Of a stretch of DNA of 44,192 nt, positions 41,239 through 44,192 are shown piece after piece. Both the position numbers and the translations under genes were made by a program. Source of the DNA: Deltaproteobacteria bacterium. GTDB lineage: Bacteria > Desulfobacterota > Binatia > UBA12015. Position 1 is the stretch's first letter; every line of letters begins with the position of its first letter. The stretch spans positions 1-44,192 of the forward strand of contig JAYGCM010000079.1 of assembly GCA_046583355.1 (NCBI GenBank), in the 5' to 3' direction. The notes under the pieces were generated by a model, which saw nothing but the letters and a program-made list of their open reading frames with translations, did not search any database and had not been told where the DNA came from.

Positions 41239-42260
41239 TATCTGCCAACCTCCAGGGCTGCCGCCCCCCAGGTGAAGCCGGAACCGGCCGCCACCAGCAG
41301 GACCTTGTCACCCGCCACAAGCTCAGGCAGCACATCCGCCAGGGCGATGGCCAGACCCGCCGTCATGATATGGCCGAATTTCGCGGTCGGCACGACCAAC
41401 TTGCCGGTGGCGATGCCGAGCTCGGCGGCGACCGCCTCGGCTACATCGGGCTCGATATAATCGATCAGCACCCGCGCTGCCTCCGAGCAGGTAAAGCCCG
41501 CAATTTCCGCAACTTCGCGGGCGACCTCGGCCATCCGCGTGGCCGCCACCGCGCGCAGGCTCGGTAGGTCCGCGTGGGGGAAATGCCGGCCTTCTTCAAT
41601 ATCTTCGCGGGTCACTCGCCCGGCCACCTTGGACGAGCGCGCCACCTCGGTCCAGAAGCTCTCGATCAGCGTGCCATCCGTGTACCAACGCGCGCCAAGA
41701 AGTCGCGGCCCCTGGTCGCCCGGCCCGACAATCGCGACCGCCGCGCCATCGGCCAAGCGGCCCGCCATTTCGCGCCCGGCGGGCGAGAAATCCAGCCCGC
41801 TGGCGAAAACTTCGCCGGTCGCCAGCAAGACGCGCCGATAACGCGCGTCGGCCGAGCCATCGGCCTGCACTTCGGCGCAGAAGCCGGCGGCGAGATCGAG
41901 CCCGGCCACGAAGCCCGCGGATTGCGCGCGGATATCAAGCGCACCAATGGTGGGTACGCCCAGCTTCTCCTGGAGAAAACAGGCCGCCCCCGGAAAGGCG
42001 ACGTCGGGCGTCGTCGTTGCAAAAATCATCAGACCGAGGTCATCCACGGTGGTATCGGCCGCGGCAAGCGCACTCCGGGCCGCCACGACGGCGAGATCAC
42101 TCGGACCTTCGCCCGATGGCGTGAAATGGCGCCCCTCGATTCCCGTATCCCGACGCAGCGAGTCGGCGTCCATGCCGAGCCGCGGCGCGAGTTCCTCGTT
42201 CGAGACCAAGGGCCCCGGCAGGTGCGTGCCGAGACCGAGAATCCGGATCTCAGGCTGCAT
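41238..42260 (-). CDS. FabH-fold protein lacking the catalytic triad
   Basis: FabH scaffold (TGIEGRH, ATTTPD..FP..AC, GSGFTWGA) with AQSAGF, IDYIE and FGHIM at the triad positions. Start at ATG 42260 or GTG 42269. Confidence 0.82.
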   Translation of the reverse strand: MQPEIRILGLGTHLPGPLVSNEELAPRLGMDADSLRRDTGIEGRHFTPSGEGPSDLAVVAARSALAAADTTVDDLGLMIFATTTPDVAFPGAACFLQEKLGVPTIGALDIRAQSAGFVAGLDLAAGFCAEVQADGSADARYRRVLLATGEVFASGLDFSPAGREMAGRLADGAAVAIVGPGDQGPRLLGARWYTDGTLIESFWTEVARSSKVAGRVTREDIEEGRHFPHADLPSLRAVAATRMAEVAREVAEIAGFTCSEAARVLIDYIEPDVAEAVAAELGIATGKLVVPTAKFGHIMTAGLAIALADVLPELVAGDKVLLVAAGSGFTWGAAALEVGR

Positions 42261-43656
42261 CGGCTTCACGCGGCAGACGTGCGATGGCCGATTTCTTGAC
42301 GATCACGATCTCCAAGAGCTTGTTCTCGTACCATTGAGCGAAGCCCGCTGCGGGCTCGTCGACGCGGACCCGAGTGAGGAAATTCGGCGGGAAAGCAGGC
42401 GCCGTCGCGGCCACCGTACGCAAGCGCTCGTCGACCACCCGGCCCTTGACCTCAAGCCAGCCACCACGCATCTCGATATCAATATCGTAATCGGGCATAT
42501 CCTCGCCCAAGCCGAGTTCGTCGCGCACGCCCGAGGGCGGAATGCGGCGTGGCAGCTCCAGGCGCAGCAGGTAGCCCGCGGGGCGTTCTTCGTAGGTGTA
42601 GATTTCGCCATAACGACGTTCGCGCTCACGCTTCTCATCGTACGCGCCGCCGCTCTCGTAGAAACCTTCGCGCGCCAGAGTGCCTTCGCTCTTCGCCTTG
42701 GCCGCATTGGCGATCATCGGCAAAACGAGTGGCACGAAGGGCAAGCCGTAGAAGCTGCCGCGCCAGACAGTCTCCGAAGTCGGCCGCGCAAAGAGGATCG
42801 TTTCGCGCAGGCGCAGGATCGCCTCTGCCACCGCAACGGCCCCGCCCAGCAGGAACCATTTCGACATTTCCATCGAGTAGAGGCTGCTGCCCTCGACGTT
42901 CACCGCATAGCCGACAAAGAGTGCCGGCAGGAGGATGAGATGAGCGAGGATATTGAGCCCGGTGGCGCCGGCCGCTGAGAAGACGGAAGGATCGCCGATC
43001 GCCTTCTCGAGGTGCACCTTGGTCGAGGCCGGCATCGCACCGAGAAGAGGCTGCGCCAAGCGAACCACCAGACCGAGCAGGCCCGACACGCCGCCGCCGG
43101 GAGCACCGGCTTCCACGAGGTCAAGCGCGTCGTCGAATTTCACATCGAGCTCGCCCAGATAAAGGGACTCGCGCAAAGAAGGCTGCGCCAGCGGCGCTGT
43201 GCCCTTGCGCTCGACCTTGCCGAAAGGAACCACTCCGGCCGGGGCGGACGCTACGGCCATCGCTGCCGTGCCGGCAGCCGGCGCGGCTATGGCGTCGGCC
43301 GCGGGTGCTTCGGGTTCCTCGCTCACTTTGAAGCGGGACGGGAAATCCTCGGGGAAATCCTCTTCCGGACTGAGCTGCTTTGCGCGTGCAAAGAGTACGT
43401 CTTCGGTCTCGGGAATATCGGGGTCCGGCACGCAGCAATCGACCGGACAAACCTCAGCACATTGCTCGGAGGCGTAGAAGCCAACGCATTCGGTGCATTT
43501 ATCCGGAACGATATAGAAAAAATCGTCCGAGATCGCGGTCTGTTTCGAGCCGTCTAGCGCGTCGAACTCAATGCCGCCCTGATAAATTGCCGTATTCGGG
43601 CACTCGGGCTCGCAGGCCCCGCAGTTGATGCACTCGTCGGTGATCATCGTCGCCAT
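42250..43656 (-). CDS. YfhL-like 2[4Fe-4S] ferredoxin fused to a membrane domain and an Hsp20-like C-terminal domain
   Basis: CINCGACEPECP and CTECVGF....QC..VCPVDCC, an Ala-rich linker, several hydrophobic segments and a beta-sandwich-like tail. SD GGAGG. Confidence 0.8.
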   Translation of the reverse strand: MATMITDECINCGACEPECPNTAIYQGGIEFDALDGSKQTAISDDFFYIVPDKCTECVGFYASEQCAEVCPVDCCVPDPDIPETEDVLFARAKQLSPEEDFPEDFPSRFKVSEEPEAPAADAIAAPAAGTAAMAVASAPAGVVPFGKVERKGTAPLAQPSLRESLYLGELDVKFDDALDLVEAGAPGGGVSGLLGLVVRLAQPLLGAMPASTKVHLEKAIGDPSVFSAAGATGLNILAHLILLPALFVGYAVNVEGSSLYSMEMSKWFLLGGAVAVAEAILRLRETILFARPTSETVWRGSFYGLPFVPLVLPMIANAAKAKSEGTLAREGFYESGGAYDEKRERERRYGEIYTYEERPAGYLLRLELPRRIPPSGVRDELGLGEDMPDYDIDIEMRGGWLEVKGRVVDERLRTVAATAPAFPPNFLTRVRVDEPAAGFAQWYENKLLEIVIVKKSAIARLPREADAA

Positions 43657-43876
43657 AGCGAGTGAACCTCCACCTTATGACCGAGCGCAGAAAAACCCCC
43701 GGTGGCGACGCTCGGCTGCCGCAGTTCCGGAGAAAGAAACCCCCGGATCGACTAGCAAAGCAAGACACAATGTCTCAAGCCGCGCTGCACGGCCATGCGC
43801 AGTTGTCTGGCCGAGGGGGGTATGTCAGATTCCCGAAGCAAGCGGATGCAACGGGCATTCGTCAGAAGGGATGTGG

Positions 43877-44128
43877 ATGATGCGCAACGTGATGGGATCG
43901 AAAATCAGTAGGGGCCTTGCTTTCTCGGCACTCGGAGCCCTCCTCGCCGTAGGTGGTACCGGCTGCGCGGCCAAGGGACCGAGCCCCCAGGAGATCGCGG
44001 CCGAGAACACCGATCAGGCCGCCGCACGCGCAGAAGCAGCCGCGCTGCGCGCCAATCAGGCCGCCGAGCGGGCCGAGGTAGCCGCCGATAAGGCCGAGGC
44101 GATCTTCAAAAAGAACATCCGCAAATAA
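43877..44128 (+). CDS. Small alanine-zipper lipoprotein (Lpp/OprI-like)
   Basis: Signal ending GTGC, Ala-rich coiled coil and basic C-terminus FKKNIRK. The start could be any of several ATGs at 43871-43892. Confidence 0.72.
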   Translation: MMRNVMGSKISRGLAFSALGALLAVGGTGCAAKGPSPQEIAAENTDQAAARAEAAALRANQAAERAEVAADKAEAIFKKNIRK

Positions 44129-44152
44129 GCGGTACTGCTCACTGAACCAGGA

Positions 44153-44186
44153 GGCATGGCCGAGCCCGACCGGGCTCGGCCATGCC
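44153..44186. repeat. Perfect hairpin after the lipoprotein gene (terminator, or member of the REP-like family)
   Basis: GGCATGGCCGAGCCC-GACC-GGGCTCGGCCATGCC. The left flank CAGGAGGCATGGCCG resembles the REP-like arm. Confidence 0.65.
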
Positions 44187-44192
44187 GCCGCG

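Overview
A 44-kb, GC-rich chromosomal region of a diderm bacterium, made mostly of housekeeping genes. The gene order (sirC-ccsA-hemA-hemC-cobA/hemD-hemB, carD, DUF1844-degP-PBP1B) suggests a deltaproteobacterial lineage such as Binatia or Myxococcota; this is inferred, not tested. It contains a tandem ArsA/Get3-like ATPase pair with fabF, a bamD-led sulfur-relay cluster (ThiF-like E1, MoaD/CysO-like carrier, cysteine synthase, degenerate second ThiF, then sat), an ECF sigma/anti-sigma cluster, polA, a Gld-like ABC system, hisC, two lytic transglycosylases, a tetrapyrrole operon, tsaD-rsmA-mutM, a frameshifted cysK with larE, carD, and an operon of a ferredoxin-membrane-Hsp20-like fusion with an inactive and an active fabH. 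The most notable observation is that the two ThiF genes have complementary losses: one keeps the ATP site but lacks the N-terminal arginine-finger helix, the other keeps that helix but lacks the ATP site. This resembles eukaryotic heterodimeric E1s, and the adjacent ubiquitin-like carrier has a masked C-terminus. Also seen are further active/dead enzyme pairs, an orphan RelE-fold gene lacking basic catalytic residues, a dispersed REP/MITE-like palindromic repeat family and a decayed IS30 end. No rRNA, tRNA or CRISPR array was recognised.
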